DNA from: Eledone cirrhosa
Taxonomy: Eukaryota
Direction of reading: 5' to 3'
Length of the DNA stretch: 64,000 nt
Assembly (NCBI GenBank): GCA_964016885.1
Contig: OZ024751.1
Span: 48,670,001-48,734,000 of the forward strand
The notes beneath the pieces are model-generated. The model searched no databases. It worked only from the letters and a program-made list of their open reading frames with translations, and had not been told where the DNA came from. The position numbers and the translations under genes were made by a program. This document shows positions 11,786 through 26,695 of the stretch, one piece after another. Position 1 is the first letter of the stretch; every line of letters begins with the position of its first letter.

Positions 11786-12403
11786 GAGAGAGAGAGAGAG
11801 AGAGAGAGGACAAAAAGAAGCAGTAAAAAACACACACACACACACATATATACATATAATAAATAGGCGTTATTTCTTCGTTAAAGGTATATCAATTGAC
11901 ATATTTTCCATATGTTAAAATGTTATAGCTTCGCTTTGATACAATTTGTCTTAGAAAGTGAAATATTACTTCGTTATTCCTTTTTGCTAAAGAACGAACT
12001 ATATAGCAGCAGTAATATAAAGATATATATTAGCTGCTTCTGTGAAGAAGTCGGCAGATTACGTCGATGAACGCTTAGTGATATTTACGTTGAAGAAAAT
12101 ATCACTGAATTATCAATAAACTGTTCTGTAAATATTATTATGACATTCTCAGAAAACATATGTTAACCTTAGTCTATTCTCTGCATATTGCAAGATGTAT
12201 CGAAGTCTTTTTGAAGTTAAAAAAAAACAGCAAAAAATAAAATGATAAACAAAAAATAAAAATAAAAATAAAATAACAAAGCATAACAAACGTTAAGAAA
12301 GAGTAAATTAAAACCTTTGAAGTATCTCTCATACTACAGAGAGAAAAATGTTATTACTGTTACCTTTATTATTTCTTGTAGTATTGTTATTATTATTACT
12401 GGA

Positions 12404-12607
12404 GGGCGGTGGATTGGCAGTATCGGTAGAGGGTGGGACGCCATGCTTTCTAGCATAGTTACGTCCCTTTACATCTGAGTTCAAATCCCGCCGAGGTTAA
12501 CTTTGCTTTTCATCCTTAAGGGGTCGATAAAATATAGTACCAGTAATGTACTGGAAATTGCTGGTCTTGTGCCTAAAGTAGAAACAATTATTATTACTAT
12601 TATTATT
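12404..12607 (+). mobile_element. tRNA-derived SINE (family 1), full length
   Basis: A box TGGCAGTATCGG, B box GAGTTCAAATCC, central GCTTTTCATCCTT..GGGGTCGATAAAA..GTACCAG, 3' CTTGTGCCTAAAGTAGAAAC plus (ATT)n. Confidence 0.9.
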
Positions 12608-12713
12608 GTTGTTGTTGTTGCTGTTATTATCATTGCTAATAAGGATTATAATATTACAACTACTACTACTACCACTACTACTACTACTGCTACTACTACT
12701 ACTACTACTACCG

Positions 12714-13545
12714 ATAATGATTCTTTCTACTTTAGGCACAAGGCCAGCAAATACCCAGTGCATTACTGGTACTTTATTTTATGGACCCCGTAAGGATGAA
12801 AGGCAAAGTTAACCTCGGCAGGATTTGAACTCAGCACATAAAGGGCCATAACACTATGGTGCAACGCATGATGTCTGACGCTCTACCGATTCTGCCAATC
12901 GACCACATTGATGATAATGGTTTCTTATACAGACACAAGGCCAGCAATTTGTGGGAAGCGGAAAGTCGATCAAATCGACCCCAGTGCGTAACTGGTACTT
13001 TATTGAACCCGTAAGGATGAAAGGCAAAGTTAACGTCGGTGGGATTTGAACTCAGATAATAAAGGGACGTAACTCTATGCTGCAAAGCATGTTGTTCGAA
13101 GCTCTACCGATACTGCCAATCAACCGCCATAATAATAATAATAATAATAATAATAATTATTGTTATTTCTTCTTTTGGCATAACGCCAGCAATTACCCCA
13201 ATGCATTACTGGTACTTCATGTTATGTACCCCGTAAGAATGAAAGGCAAAGTTAATCTCGACTGGATTTGAACTCAGAACGTAGAATGCCAAAACTCCAT
13301 GCCGCAATGCCTGGTTTCCGACGCTCTAACGATTCTGCCAATCCACCACCATAATAATTGTTTCTACTTTTGGAACAAGGCCAGCAATTATAACAGTGCA
13401 TTACTGGTACTTTAATTTATCGACCCCGTAAAGATGAAAGGCAAAGCTAACCTCAGCGGCATTTGAACTCAGAACATAAAGGGCCATAACTCTATGCCAC
13501 AAAGCATAATTTCCGACGCTCTACCGATTCTGCCAAATCCACTAA
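12714..13545 (-). mobile_element. Four tandem family-1 SINEs
   Basis: Units at ~12714-12906, 12914-13128, 13150-13350 and 13351-13545, each with reverse-complement A/B boxes and an (AAT)n or AAT junction. Confidence 0.9.
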
Positions 13546-13940
13546 CAAGTTTGTCATTGTTACTAGTACTAGCTAACTACCATTGATATAATATTAATGT
13601 AAGATATCTCCAGTGTGAATATAACTGGAGCAATGACTATGAAGAATTCTGTTCTAATGTCGAGATATTTTACCAGAGTTCTAGTTTCTAAAGCTGAGGT
13701 GACCGTTTATTGAATTATTGTGAAAAGATAATTAAATAGTTAATTCTGCCTTCCCTGTAGATCTATTCAGCTAGCTCACATGGTTCCATTGTTTTTACGC
13801 CATTTTCACGATTTGCCATTTCTTTGATTCGCTTCCATTATACCATTCTGTTATATTGTTACCAATACAATGTCTTTTTTATTCGTCTCCAGAACGTTAC
13901 AAAGAAATTGTTTGTGTACGTGTGCAGCAGTAAGTGTGTA

Positions 13941-14014
<74 letters not shown>

Positions 14015-14122
14015 CCAGGTCGTGCATGTGTGTGTGTGTGTCGGTATAAATGTGCGTGTGTGTGTGTCAGTATATATATGTGTGTGTGTATGTGTCAATA
14101 TGAATATGTATGTGTGTGTCAG

Positions 14123-14155
<33 letters not shown>

Positions 14156-14298
14156 CAGTATGTATGCATGTGCCCTTATGTGAAAGTGTGTATGTATCGC
14201 TGTCTATATATATATATATATGTGCAGGACTATGCCTATGTGTCTCTGCAAGTAATTATCTGCGTGAGCAAGTCTGTTTGTATATGCATATGTATGTG

Positions 14299-14395
14299 TA
14301 AGTGTATGTGTGTGCTGTAAGTGTATGTGTGTGCTGTAAGTGTATGTGTGTGCTGTAAGTGTATGGGTGTGCTGTAAGTGTATGTGTGTTCCTGT
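14299..14395. repeat. 20-bp tandem repeat derived from microsatellite
   Basis: TAAGTGTATGTGTGTGCTG-type unit, about 4-5 copies. Confidence 0.75.
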
Positions 14396-14779
14396 GACAG
14401 TATTTATGTATGAGCCCTTATGTGACAGTATGTATCTCTGTATGTATATATATGTGCATACAAGAATATATATGTGTGAGAGTGTCTGTTTGTATCTATA
14501 TGTATCTGTATTTGCAGGACTGTATTTGTATGATTCTATGAAAGTATACGTATGAGCGTTTCCGTGCGTTGTATATCTATGTGTGTATATGTATGTGTAG
14601 ATATATGATTTAACTAGCGGTGGACGTATGTTCTGTTCTTGTAAGTAATAATTGTGTCCTAATTATTTTGGCAGCAGGACAAGACTCAGAAATATTCCAA
14701 GACAATAGAATAACACAGAAGTAATCCAAAAACTTACATATTCGGAGAAACGCATTACAATACAACAATACCACAATAG

Positions 14780-14825
<46 letters not shown>

Positions 14826-14999
14826 TAAAAAATGTATATTTATATAGAGAGATGTATATATATATATATATTTAAATATATATATATTTAGATATATGTA
14901 TATATTCAGATTTATATATATATATAAGCACATAACTATATACATATATTTACATACATACTTGTATATATATATATTTATATATATATAGATACATAC

Positions 15000-15669
<670 letters not shown>

Positions 15670-15736
15670 TTAGTGGTTAGAGCATTGGTCTTGCAATCAA
15701 AAGGTTGTGAGTTCAATTTTAAGACCCGGTAATGTT

Positions 15737-17066
15737 TAAGACCCGCTTCATTGTAGTTAGCTAGAGCAGGATATAGTGATAAGATTATGTACATAGATAA
15801 TGATAGACAAACTAAACAAAATAACAACTATTTTAATTACGGCCACAACCTTAACAACTATAATAGAAAGCATTACAATAATTCCAAAAGCCAAAAAAGA
15901 AATAGAACTAGGAACATAATATGGTTTGCCCCCCCCTTCTCACTAAACATTAAAACCCACATCGCTAAACTATTTTTTAAAGCTCTTGATAATCGCTTCC
16001 CTAGAACACATAGGTATCACTCAATTTTCAATAGACATACTATAAAATTAACCTACTCATCCACCAAAAATTTAGCACAAAATATTAATAGAATAAATAA
16101 TAGGAACTTAAAACCTAGCGATAATAGCATAAATAATATACAAGTTAACAAATGTAACTGTAGAGATAGATCTAAATGTCCGTTAAATAACAACTGCTTA
16201 GTTAAAAATATAATATACAACTGTAATGTTAAAACGGACTCTAATTCTTTTAACTACGTCGGTTCCACATCGACGGAATTTAAACTTCGCTATAATAACC
16301 ACAAGAATTCTTTCACAGATCCAAGCAAAAAATCTTCAACTGCACTATCAGGCGTACTCTGGCAACTTAGGCAAGATAACGTTAGATATTCGACGGCTTG
16401 GAATATAGTCTCAAGAGGGATTCCTTTTAATTCATCCTCTGAGACATGTGACCTCTGCGCGGAGGAGATATTCTTTATACTAAAATCTAAAAATTCCCTT
16501 AATCTACGGACAAATTTATTCAGTTGCTGCAAACATAGATTGAACTCAACTTTTAAATATAAATTTAAATTTAAAATGTAGTATATTTAGTTTGATTTGT
16601 AATTATTTGGGAAACTAGCCGATAAATCTTTCGATTTCTTCTTTTTATTCTTCTTTTTATTTTTATTTTAAACATTCTTCATGAAAAATTAAACTACCCT
16701 AAAAGTTGATGCTCCAAATATATCGAATAAACGTTACACTAGATAAACTTCTATATTAAATATAAGAACATATGTAGACCAAATGGGCATCCTAAACTTT
16801 TGAAATGATTTCTGCTAGACGCGATTTGGTAAATAATTTTTAGCTTTATCTGTTTTCGACTCTGATGCTTATAATGAACTTGGCAATATATTGTCAATTA
16901 ATTTTGAAGGGTTGATCTTTGTGGTCGATTTGCGTGGCATACTATGTTTTTATTTTTATTTTTATTTTTATTTTTATTATTTTAATATTTTTTAATATTT
17001 TTAATATTTTTAATATTTTTATTTTTAATATGTAATATTTTTTATTTTTTAGTTTTCTATTTTATT

Positions 17067-17111
<45 letters not shown>

Positions 17112-17470
17112 TTTGTTTTTGTTTCTGATATTTTTTATTAATATATTAATATATTGAAATCTGTTCTCTGTTTCTGCTTGATAGATAATCATGTAGAGTA
17201 AAAACAAGAATAGTATTGTTAAAATTAAAATTAATATAGACTCTATATATATGTGTATATATACACATATATGTATACTTAAATTTTTATAGCACAATGA
17301 GAATGTTCTCCGTGTGAAATAGGAGTTTGCAGAGTTGATCACGTAAATTCACATCGATGTTTGTAGTTATCATATAAACATATGAATTTTTAAAACTAGA
17401 CATAAGATCATTACTTTTCACACATTTAGATACGTGTCTCATTCATGAATACTGATATTTACATATAAAT
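15737..17470 (+). mobile_element. 5'-truncated Penelope-like element (Nematis-like)
   Basis: C-terminal ORF followed by an AT-rich 3' region; 3' boundary approximate. Confidence 0.7.
15787..16581 (+). CDS. PLE C-terminal linker plus GIY-YIG endonuclease (truncated ORF)
   Basis: IIWFAPPFS, CNCRDRSKCPLNNNC, NIIY..YVGST..FKLRYNNH, CDLCAEE, LN.R..CKH. Confidence 0.85.
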   Translation: MYIDNDRQTKQNNNYFNYGHNLNNYNRKHYNNSKSQKRNRTRNIIWFAPPFSLNIKTHIAKLFFKALDNRFPRTHRYHSIFNRHTIKLTYSSTKNLAQNINRINNRNLKPSDNSINNIQVNKCNCRDRSKCPLNNNCLVKNIIYNCNVKTDSNSFNYVGSTSTEFKLRYNNHKNSFTDPSKKSSTALSGVLWQLRQDNVRYSTAWNIVSRGIPFNSSSETCDLCAEEIFFILKSKNSLNLRTNLFSCCKHRLNSTFKYKFKFKM

Positions 17471-17521
17471 AATGGAGGCATATGGCTTAGTGGTTAGAGC
17501 ATTGGTCTTGCAATCAAAAGG

Positions 17522-17572
<51 letters not shown>

Positions 17573-19656
17573 CATTCATGGATTTGTGGACGTTTGTTTT
17601 TACAAATTGTGAAAAGGTTATTTAATAAATACCATGTGAATATTTTACTATGAGTTGAATCTCTGTTTCACGCTTCCAATAACTCAAACGTTTGAAGTGG
17701 AGAATTCACCTGATTATATATATATATATGAGTAGATGTATTGAAAATATTATAAATACAAAAGATAAATGGTAATCGAGAGCTGAGTGATTGGCAAACT
17801 CTGTCCGGAAATGCACAGTAAATTCCTCTGTTCAGTTGTCATATACAGAAGTATAATCTATTTACATATTCACATGAGAAAATAAGGCCAGAGCTACGTG
17901 TCTTCGGTATTAAATATAGATATATATAAATCATTAGTAAAGAAGCGAAGTTGACTAATTTCTAATCTGTCTATCAGGATATGGCAATTATTTATTGTAG
18001 GAAATAAAATCAAAATCAAAGCGGTTTATTTGCAGTCACGGGAATATAGGAGACAAGTGTTCCTAATTTTTGTGTAATGAATTAATTCGAGTCTGAGCAA
18101 GGTGTACTTTGCCTTTTATTCCTTTCGGTTCTGCTGTAACAAGATAGAGGGTTTCAAGTGTGAGTTTACACCTGACCGTATCTTCATGGAGACGTCACTC
18201 AATTGTAAGTGTCTTTTCTTTTACTTTTCATTTTGTTAAATCGATATTAGTCAATAAATATCAATAGAAAAGTCGGCATTATATCAGTAATTTCCGATGT
18301 CTTGATCAAAACTGCAAAATTCAGTAACAGAATGTTGTATTTCTCCAACACATATACCACACATGTTTGAGAAATTGGTGTAGGAGGACACATGATTTAT
18401 AATGAATAATTTGAGATTCTAATTGATGAAAGTTTACTCTGTTAAGCACGGTTATATGGAATATGTGCTGAGGTCAAATTTGCTTTTATCATTACGGAGT
18501 CGATAAAATGTCAGCCTCGGTCATAATAATATAGGAAGACGCAATAATCTTATACAATGACAGAGATTATAATAGAAAATTGGCCAGGAAAATAAGTACA
18601 AAGGTGGTTATGGCCGACTAAATTCCTCCAAGCTGGTGCCTCAGTATAACCACAGTAAAAGAACAAAAGAATACGACAAGGGAACAGGGAAGCTGCTAAT
18701 AATAGAAATCTTTTAATAATTGATTATATATATTAGATAAAAACCAATGTATAGGACATAAAAACAATCAGATCGATTATTAAACAAAAAGGAAGTCTAG
18801 TCGGGGTGCTGTTATGTAACAAATGTAATCCTCTTCTTTGCATTTTTGGTCAAACGAGTTTCGCATTCCACAGTAGCAATACACTAGGTTTCCACCCGCT
18901 GTCTTTTCTTCTTCTCCGTAAACAGGATGTAATTTCTAGTGTGAAAAGATTTCGCAAAAATCGATTACATTCAGAAGGGAACCGTTCTGTTGTATTGCTG
19001 AGAATTACTTGAACTCGGCAGAAAGATTCCGACAGCGAAAACAAGAATCTCTGACAATGGCCTGAAGGTAGCGTTAAGGAACGTTTACTGAATAGTGTGA
19101 AATTGAATACAAGGTTAGCGTAGGTTCTAGTGAGTTGAAGTAATGGACAGCTATATTCAATGGGAACAAGCTCTTACACATTAAATATTCACTATCTCAC
19201 CTTCTTCATTTCTCTTTATTCCTGCCGTCTCTCCTCACCCTTTTCCACTCCTCTCTCTTTTCCTTTGTCCCTTTCTCATCATCTCTCTTTTTCTCTCTTA
19301 TGATTTCGTTCACTCCTTTTTTCAATCTAGCCAACTTTTTCGTTTTATTTATTTCTGTTTTACACCCCCCCTGTCTCTCTCTCTCTCTCTTTCTCTCTTT
19401 CTCTCTTTTGTCTCTGTCCTACTGTCTTTCTTTGTCTCCTTCTTTCTACCTTTCTCTATCGTGCAAGTTATTTCTCTATGTCTGTTTTATTAACTCTTTC
19501 GCACACCGAATCTCTTATCTTTGCCGGCGTCTCTCACACATTCACTGTTGCACTCAATCACAGTTTCATTTATATGAATAAATGCACACACACACACACA
19601 CACACACAAACAAACAAACACAAACACACACACACACACGCACACACACACATACG

Positions 19657-19692
<36 letters not shown>

Positions 19693-19844
19693 TATACATA
19701 TACATATATATATAAATCAGTTGAAACTTCAGAGTAACAAGACCCAATATTTAGCCTTGATAAAATAAGTATAACTCTACTTAGGTATTGAGTACTCATT
19801 TCTCTCGTCCGTCAACTACATATTGATACCCCCCCCCCACAGAA

Positions 19845-19903
<59 letters not shown>

Positions 19904-19918
19904 CGTGTGCTTATATAT

Positions 19919-20117
19919 ATATTTAATATAGTATTGGCTTCTACAGGATTAGAACTGTTTCACTCGGGAGAAATCATTAAGGGCTTCCTGGTGATTTCTC
20001 CCGAATTAAACAGTTCTAGTCCTGTAGAAGCCATTTCTATATTAAATATTTATACTCTGATATGTATTGAGTACCTTACTTACTGTGGTTACCCCCCGAT
20101 TGAATACGGGATAAACT
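19919..20117 (+). mobile_element. Palindromic dual-hammerhead element, family A, diverged copy
   Basis: Palindrome ~19919-20049 with the same tail as 1663-1730. HHR cores are decayed. Confidence 0.75.
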
Positions 20118-20136
20118 TATAAATAAATAAATATAT

Positions 20137-20860
20137 ATAGCTCTGGTTTATCCAAACTATTGAGCCCTCTGCCACACATGTCGGATATTGTTTATCGTGA
20201 TTTCGTGGGCCGATATTCAGATTCTCGATCATTCTACTGTATTTAGCTCCAGTCTTTAGCTATTGACCAGTTAATTTTATTGATTTTTTTGTTGATCTTA
20301 TTGACTGATGAATAGCTCTTGTTTATTTTAACACGTCTGTTGAGCACTCTGATTCGATATGCGATCCTTTGTATTTTTACATAAATTACACATCACCAAA
20401 TTCTTTCGCTAATATAGGGGTTCCCTCCCCTGCTGAATACCATGTGCGTTTTTGGCTGTGGGTCTCTCTGTATTTTTGAACGGAAACTCGTTGAAGAAGC
20501 TCTTTCTCGTTCATCTCCTCACTAGAAGTCATATATATATTTTATGTGGGCTGATAGTGATTTGATTAAGGAATTGCAGTAACCCAAAAAGCTAGAATTT
20601 AACATCCTTCTAGCGGGTCCGGGTGAGTTTTTTACATTCATTTAATTTATTAATTTATTGATATTTTATTTGAGCGACCCGAATCTTCCTGGTCGTTCTT
20701 TTTCGGCTGCACGGGTGATTTTAGGCATGATCTCTGTGTGTTGGTATTTTAACGATAGTTATAGCTCTGGTTTATCCAAACTATTGAGCCCTCTGCCACA
20801 CATGTCGGATATTGTTTATCGTGATTTCGTGGCCCGATATTCCGATTCTCGATCATTCTA

Positions 20861-20866
<6 letters not shown>
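20137..20866. repeat. 106-bp direct repeats (20137-20242, 20761-20866)
   Basis: Two copies with about 2 mismatches; period 624 bp. Confidence 0.85.
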
Positions 20867-20932
<66 letters not shown>

Positions 20933-20952
20933 TTATTTGCATTGTATTGTAT

Positions 20953-21002
<50 letters not shown>

Positions 21003-21247
21003 GGAGAGAGAGGGGGTGAGAGTTTGTGTGTGTATGCATGTATGTGTGTATGTGTGTATGTATGCATATATGCATGCTTGTATGTATGTATGTGTGTATG
21101 TGTGTATAGGTATATCAATCTATCTAGCTATCCATCTATCTATCTATCTCTATATATACATATATACATATATATATATACACATATATATATATATATA
21201 TATAATCCTATACTTATGTACACATATTCACACACACACACGCGCAC

Positions 21248-21312
<65 letters not shown>

Positions 21313-22156
21313 CAATAATTGATATATATATATATACATATATAAAGATAGATATCGATAAGGTTGGACATGTACAGTTTTCCGCGTCAATATGAATATG
21401 GACAGCCACAATAACTAAATTAAGCAAGTGTAGCCGTTAGCTACGTATTAACCTCATTGAAGTAAAGGAAAGCTTAACAACATGCCCTGCAGATTAACTA
21501 CTGATAGGCTGGCTGCCAATTTCTTGATACTTGGGATAAATCACCACAAAAAGTCCACTCAAATGTTGAATTTGAGCTCTACATCCACCTATGAATGTCT
21601 CTCGACCTAATCGGCTGTGATAACTTGCCTTGTAGATTGACATACACATTGACTTAAACGTATTGAATCATATTGGCATAAACATATCGACATACACATA
21701 TTAACACGCACACATTCACCGAGTAAATCACGGTACTTCTATCTACTGGGCTGGGTGAAATGCTAGAAATTAAAGGGTAACATGTATAAAAAATAAATGA
21801 TGCAGGTTTGGTTCAATAAATGATGTGACTGGCTGTTGAAAATGTGGCAAGCACGATTGGAACGCTTTCGGTGAGTTGTCATAGTCGCTTGAGTGTCGGA
21901 GGAAATGCTTCACTCTATTTGTTCTGGTTCTATGTTCAAAGTCCACCAAGATAAACTTTGCCTCTCATTCTCTCTGGGATTCAGCCCACGGTAGTGTTTG
22001 GCTGAATTGTACGAGTAGCGGACATTTGGTGTGGATCTGGTGTGTGGCGTTGTATACAGCTTTGCAGATGGTGTGTCTGGATAGCATTGCATTGGTGTAG
22101 AATTATTTACATTCAAGTCTAGGTAATTGACGGTCTTAGTTACGTATATGTATATA

Positions 22157-22660
22157 AATCGTTTCTACCTTTTGGCACAAGGCCAGCAATTATCCCAGTG
22201 TATAACTGGTACTTTATTTTATCGACCCCGTAAGGATGAAAGTCAAAGTTAACCTCGGCTATAATACCTTGATATATAATTGTTTCTACTTTTGGCACAA
22301 GGCTAGCAATTATCTCAGTGTATTACTGGTACTTTATTTTATCGACCCCGACATGATGAAAGGCAAATTTAATCTTGGCGGTATTTGAACTCAGAGGGCC
22401 GTAACTCTTTACTCCAAAGCATGGCGTCCGCCCCTCTATTGATACTGCCAATCCACCGCCCTTTGTATATAATTGTTTCTACTTTAGGCACAAGGCCAGC
22501 AATTACCCAGTGTATTACTGGTACTTTATTTTATCGACCCTGTAAGGATGAAAGGCAAAGTCAACCTCGGCGGGATTTGAACTCAGATCGTAAAGGGACG
22601 TAACTATGCTTGAAAGCATGGCGTCCGACCCTCTACCGATACTGCCAATCCACCGCCCTT
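22157..22660 (-). mobile_element. Three tandem family-1 SINEs (one 5'-truncated)
   Basis: Repeated GTTTCTACTTT.GGCACAAGG..GGATGAAAGGCAAAG..GATTTGAACTC..CTGCCAATCCACCGCCC. Confidence 0.9.
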
Positions 22661-23451
22661 TGTATATAATACCTTGATAACATGTATACTCAGTTCCCCG
22701 TTGATGAGCCTCTGATATTAATGTGCCACGGTAGCCTCGGCTGTTTTCCCATTGGCTTGTATTCAGGGATAACACAGGATTGCTAGAGATCTGATTATAT
22801 TCAAATTAAGGCAATTCATTTTATTTCATGGTCAGGATTGGCTCAGTGCGTGCGTTTCTTTATCTCTATATCTTATAGTTAGCGTTGTTGTTTGATCTGC
22901 TTGGCTTGGGTACGGTGTGGGTCTATTAGTAATCATGCTTACTTGTCGGTAATGGATGGAGAGGAACGGTTCAGTAGCTAAACAAGTCACTGATAAACAA
23001 AGATATCGAACATATAAAATCTCACAATGTCATGAAAAACCCAATGGTTTTATATAAAAATATTTGAGCAGTATTTAATAAAAACAAAACACCCTGTGAA
23101 TGGAAGCAAAAAAAGGAAATGATAAAAAGAAAAAGAAAATGGATCCAGTAACGAAAGAATGGGAGAGAGAGAGACAGACAGCCCTGAATTGTATTTGAAG
23201 ACAGAAGCAAAGCGATATAGCGTCCCTGGCTTCGGCCAATACCACTTAGGTACACTGGTTATCAATTGTTGTTTCTATAATTTTACATATGGAAATATGA
23301 AATTTAAATTTTTCATGAAAAATGAAGATGGAACAATGAATATTATATTCTATATAATATATATATTTATATTCATATTTATATTATATTATATCTAATA
23401 GATACTGACCGCTGAGATTCCAAAAGTGAAGAGACATTAAAAGACAAAATA

Positions 23452-23540
23452 CAGGGCGTCCTAAAAACATATATATAATCTTCAGCAATGCTGCCTCTGC
23501 AGGTAATCAAAGTATATATACGTTTTGGGGGGACACCTTG
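23452..23540. mobile_element. Tc1/mariner-type MITE (89 bp)
   Basis: TIRs CAGGGCGTCCTAAAAACATATATA and rc CAAGGTGTCCCCCCAAAACGTATATA, with TA on both sides. Confidence 0.65.
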
Positions 23541-24001
23541 TAGATACAACACTAGTTACAACGTTCAGTCTCATTTTATCGGCCTGTTTGTATTTAGGTA
23601 AAACCTCATCAATATGACAGAAAATGCCAGATGCTGTTTCAAATCTCGTCAATATTTCTTCTGAAGTCGTTATATATAAACATTTAATATAATTCACGAC
23701 AGACTTCCAAAAGATTGTTTTGAAAACGCAGAAAAAATCAAAGTTCGTTGATTGCTATTTATTGTCTTCTATATAATTTAAAAAAACTGACATTTTTTTA
23801 AAGAATAAACATCTAGCCAAGAGTATACGAGAGATAAGGCGATATACCAGTGTGTAATAGAAGACGTGTTTGTATAGGTTTCCATGTGTGTGTGTGTGTG
23901 TGTATGTGTGCGTGCGTTGAATATGGTTTGTGATTTATCATTTCCAAACAGAACGATTGCTACAAAATGTCTCTCGAAATGTTTCTATGTATGTATATGT
24001 C

Positions 24002-24077
<76 letters not shown>

Positions 24078-24225
24078 GAGGCATATATACATACATACAT
24101 GAATATGTATGTATATATATATATATATGCACGCATACACGAATATGTGTGGATGCGTTTCTCTGTATCTATTTTGCCAATTTATACACATTTCCTTTCT
24201 ATTAAAGCATCTCTCTCTCTTTTTA

Positions 24226-24278
<53 letters not shown>

Positions 24279-24527
24279 GGACACACTCACACACATACCT
24301 ACAAATACATACATACACGCATAAACCCTCACGTGGGTGGTTTCATTTTCGCACACATGACACGTAAATCGCTTTCAGCTAATAACAAATTTTGGGGGTT
24401 GATATGACAAGATGTGATGATATGTGATTTCTTTAATAATCTTTTCTATGATACTGACATTCATAAATTATTGAAATATATTCTTTGACATCCTAACGGT
24501 ATACAAAATAATAAATTCCCTGCAACA

Positions 24528-25120
24528 TGGGCGGTCGATTGGTAGAACCGCCACAGTACCAGATGAAAGCCGTTGCAGAGCCTGGTTAAGGTCCTCTACA
24601 TTTTGGTTTCAAATTCCAAACGCGACGAAATCGGCTTTGCCTTTGATTCTTTCGGGATTCCATAAAATAAAATACAAATGAAATCGGTTGAGCGTGGGAC
24701 ACCAGGCCTTGTAGCATTGAATAACGGACCTTTATGTTCTGAGTTCAAATCCCACCGAGATTAGCATTCCCTTTCCTACTAACGTGATCGAAAACATATA
24801 GTACCAGTTATGCACTGATGTCTATTTAATTGACTATACCTCTTCCTTTCAAATTGCTGGATTTGCACCTAAAGTAGAAGCAGTTGTTACTATTAAGGGC
24901 TAAGCAGTTGGATTGGCAGTATCGGTAAGGCGTCGGACAACATGCTTTGCTGCATAGAGTTACGAGCCTTTACATTCTGAATTCATCCAGCCAAGGTTAG
25001 CTTTGACTTTCATGCTTATGGCGTCGACAAAATAAAGTAAAAGTGACGCACAGGAATCGATTCATCGACTATCATCCCCTGAAATTGTTGGCCTTGTGCC
25101 TAAATCAGAAACCTTTATTA
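24528..25120 (+). mobile_element. Cluster of three degenerate family-1 SINEs
   Basis: Recurrent GTTCAAATCC-like boxes and CCTAAAGTAGAA ends. Confidence 0.75.
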
Positions 25121-25489
25121 GACAGGACTAATTTATCAGAAGATGAGAGTATATATATATAGAGAGAGAAATTTATCGGCAGTATAGTGGAGTGGTGAGT
25201 GACTCTTGGAATGATATATCGTATATATAGCAATACAATGGTATACCCAAACAGAGAAAAATAAAGTGGGTTGCGTAATATAAAGAAAAGGACAGGAGGA
25301 GATAAACGGCAAAGATGAAAAAGAAAGACAAAAAAGAAACGAAAGGAGAAAGAGGAAAAGATGATAAAATAGTGGAACTGAAAAGTATAAGGGTTTTAAC
25401 TACGTTTGGTTTTAATAAAAGGCAGTTAGTTTTAATTACTGAACACTTAATGATGTGTACACGCATTGGAATAGCTCTGCATTTCGGGC

Positions 25490-25790
25490 TCCTCGTGACT
25501 GAGTCGCACATTTACCGTGATTGACTCATGTTCAACGATATAGAACTATGACCGCTCTTTTGTCGCCATAGTGCAGATTTATTTCTTCTGTTCGCCGCCT
25601 TGGATGACGTCATCATATGTAGCCATCACGAGGAAGGTTTCCCATCGCAACCACAGACTGGTCCTCAATTGGCTAACCCTTCTAACCCTTCTCCAGTTTG
25701 AAATGCTAACCTTTCCTATATATACAATATCAAGCCTTGCTTTATACAGTATTCCGCTGATTCGGCCTAAGACTTACGTCAATAGTTCTC
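25490..25790 (+). promoter_or_regulatory. Possible Pol II promoter or enhancer
   Basis: Non-repetitive, CpG-containing stretch with TGACTCA (25522-25528), TGACGTCA (25605-25612), ATTGG and TATATATA (25717-25724). Confidence 0.3.
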
Positions 25791-26132
25791 GTGATTGTGG
25801 AATACTCCACCAATTATTCGTTAATTTATCGAGTAAGAAGAGATGTTGTTAAAACAATAGAGTGCTCATCGTTGAAATCGACGGAGGTTCCATAAGTCGA
25901 CAACAAAATGTCTCATTAGTGTGCTGGTACTATTGTTTGTAGAGAAATACATAGAGAAGACTATAGAGAAAACTATAACTGTGATAGAACTTTAAAAATA
26001 AAGCATCATAAAATATAAAATTGCGCAAATCAGACCCAGTTGTCAGCATTTTTGTTTCATCCGCGTATTTCCTCGTTTCTCTTTCCTCTTTTTTATTCAT
26101 TTTCTATTTTTTATCATCATCATCATCATCAT

Positions 26133-26191
<59 letters not shown>

Positions 26192-26317
26192 ACTAATTTA
26201 ATTTCAAAATATTTTTTTTTTAGTTTTATAAGCATATCTACTGAAATTTCATATTTATTAATTTTTATTTATGTATATGTATAATATTTTATCATTTATA
26301 TATTTAGTTAAAAAGTG

Positions 26318-26395
<78 letters not shown>

Positions 26396-26440
26396 TATAT
26401 ATACATATATATATACATACATATATATATATACATATAT

Positions 26441-26554
<114 letters not shown>

Positions 26555-26574
26555 ATATATGTATATATATGTAT

Positions 26575-26610
<36 letters not shown>

Positions 26611-26621
26611 GTATATATATG

Positions 26622-26695
<74 letters not shown>

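Noticed and set aside
12404-12500. tRNA genes
   Set aside because: A/B boxes belong to SINE heads. There is no cloverleaf and they continue into SINE bodies.
18900-19075. Exon-like segment (pyrimidine tract, CAG acceptor, AAG|GTAGCG donor)
   Set aside because: All three frames contain stops and no homology is recognisable.
21400-22140. Possible decayed PLE on the minus strand (VNYLDL)
   Set aside because: Only one short motif; not enough support.
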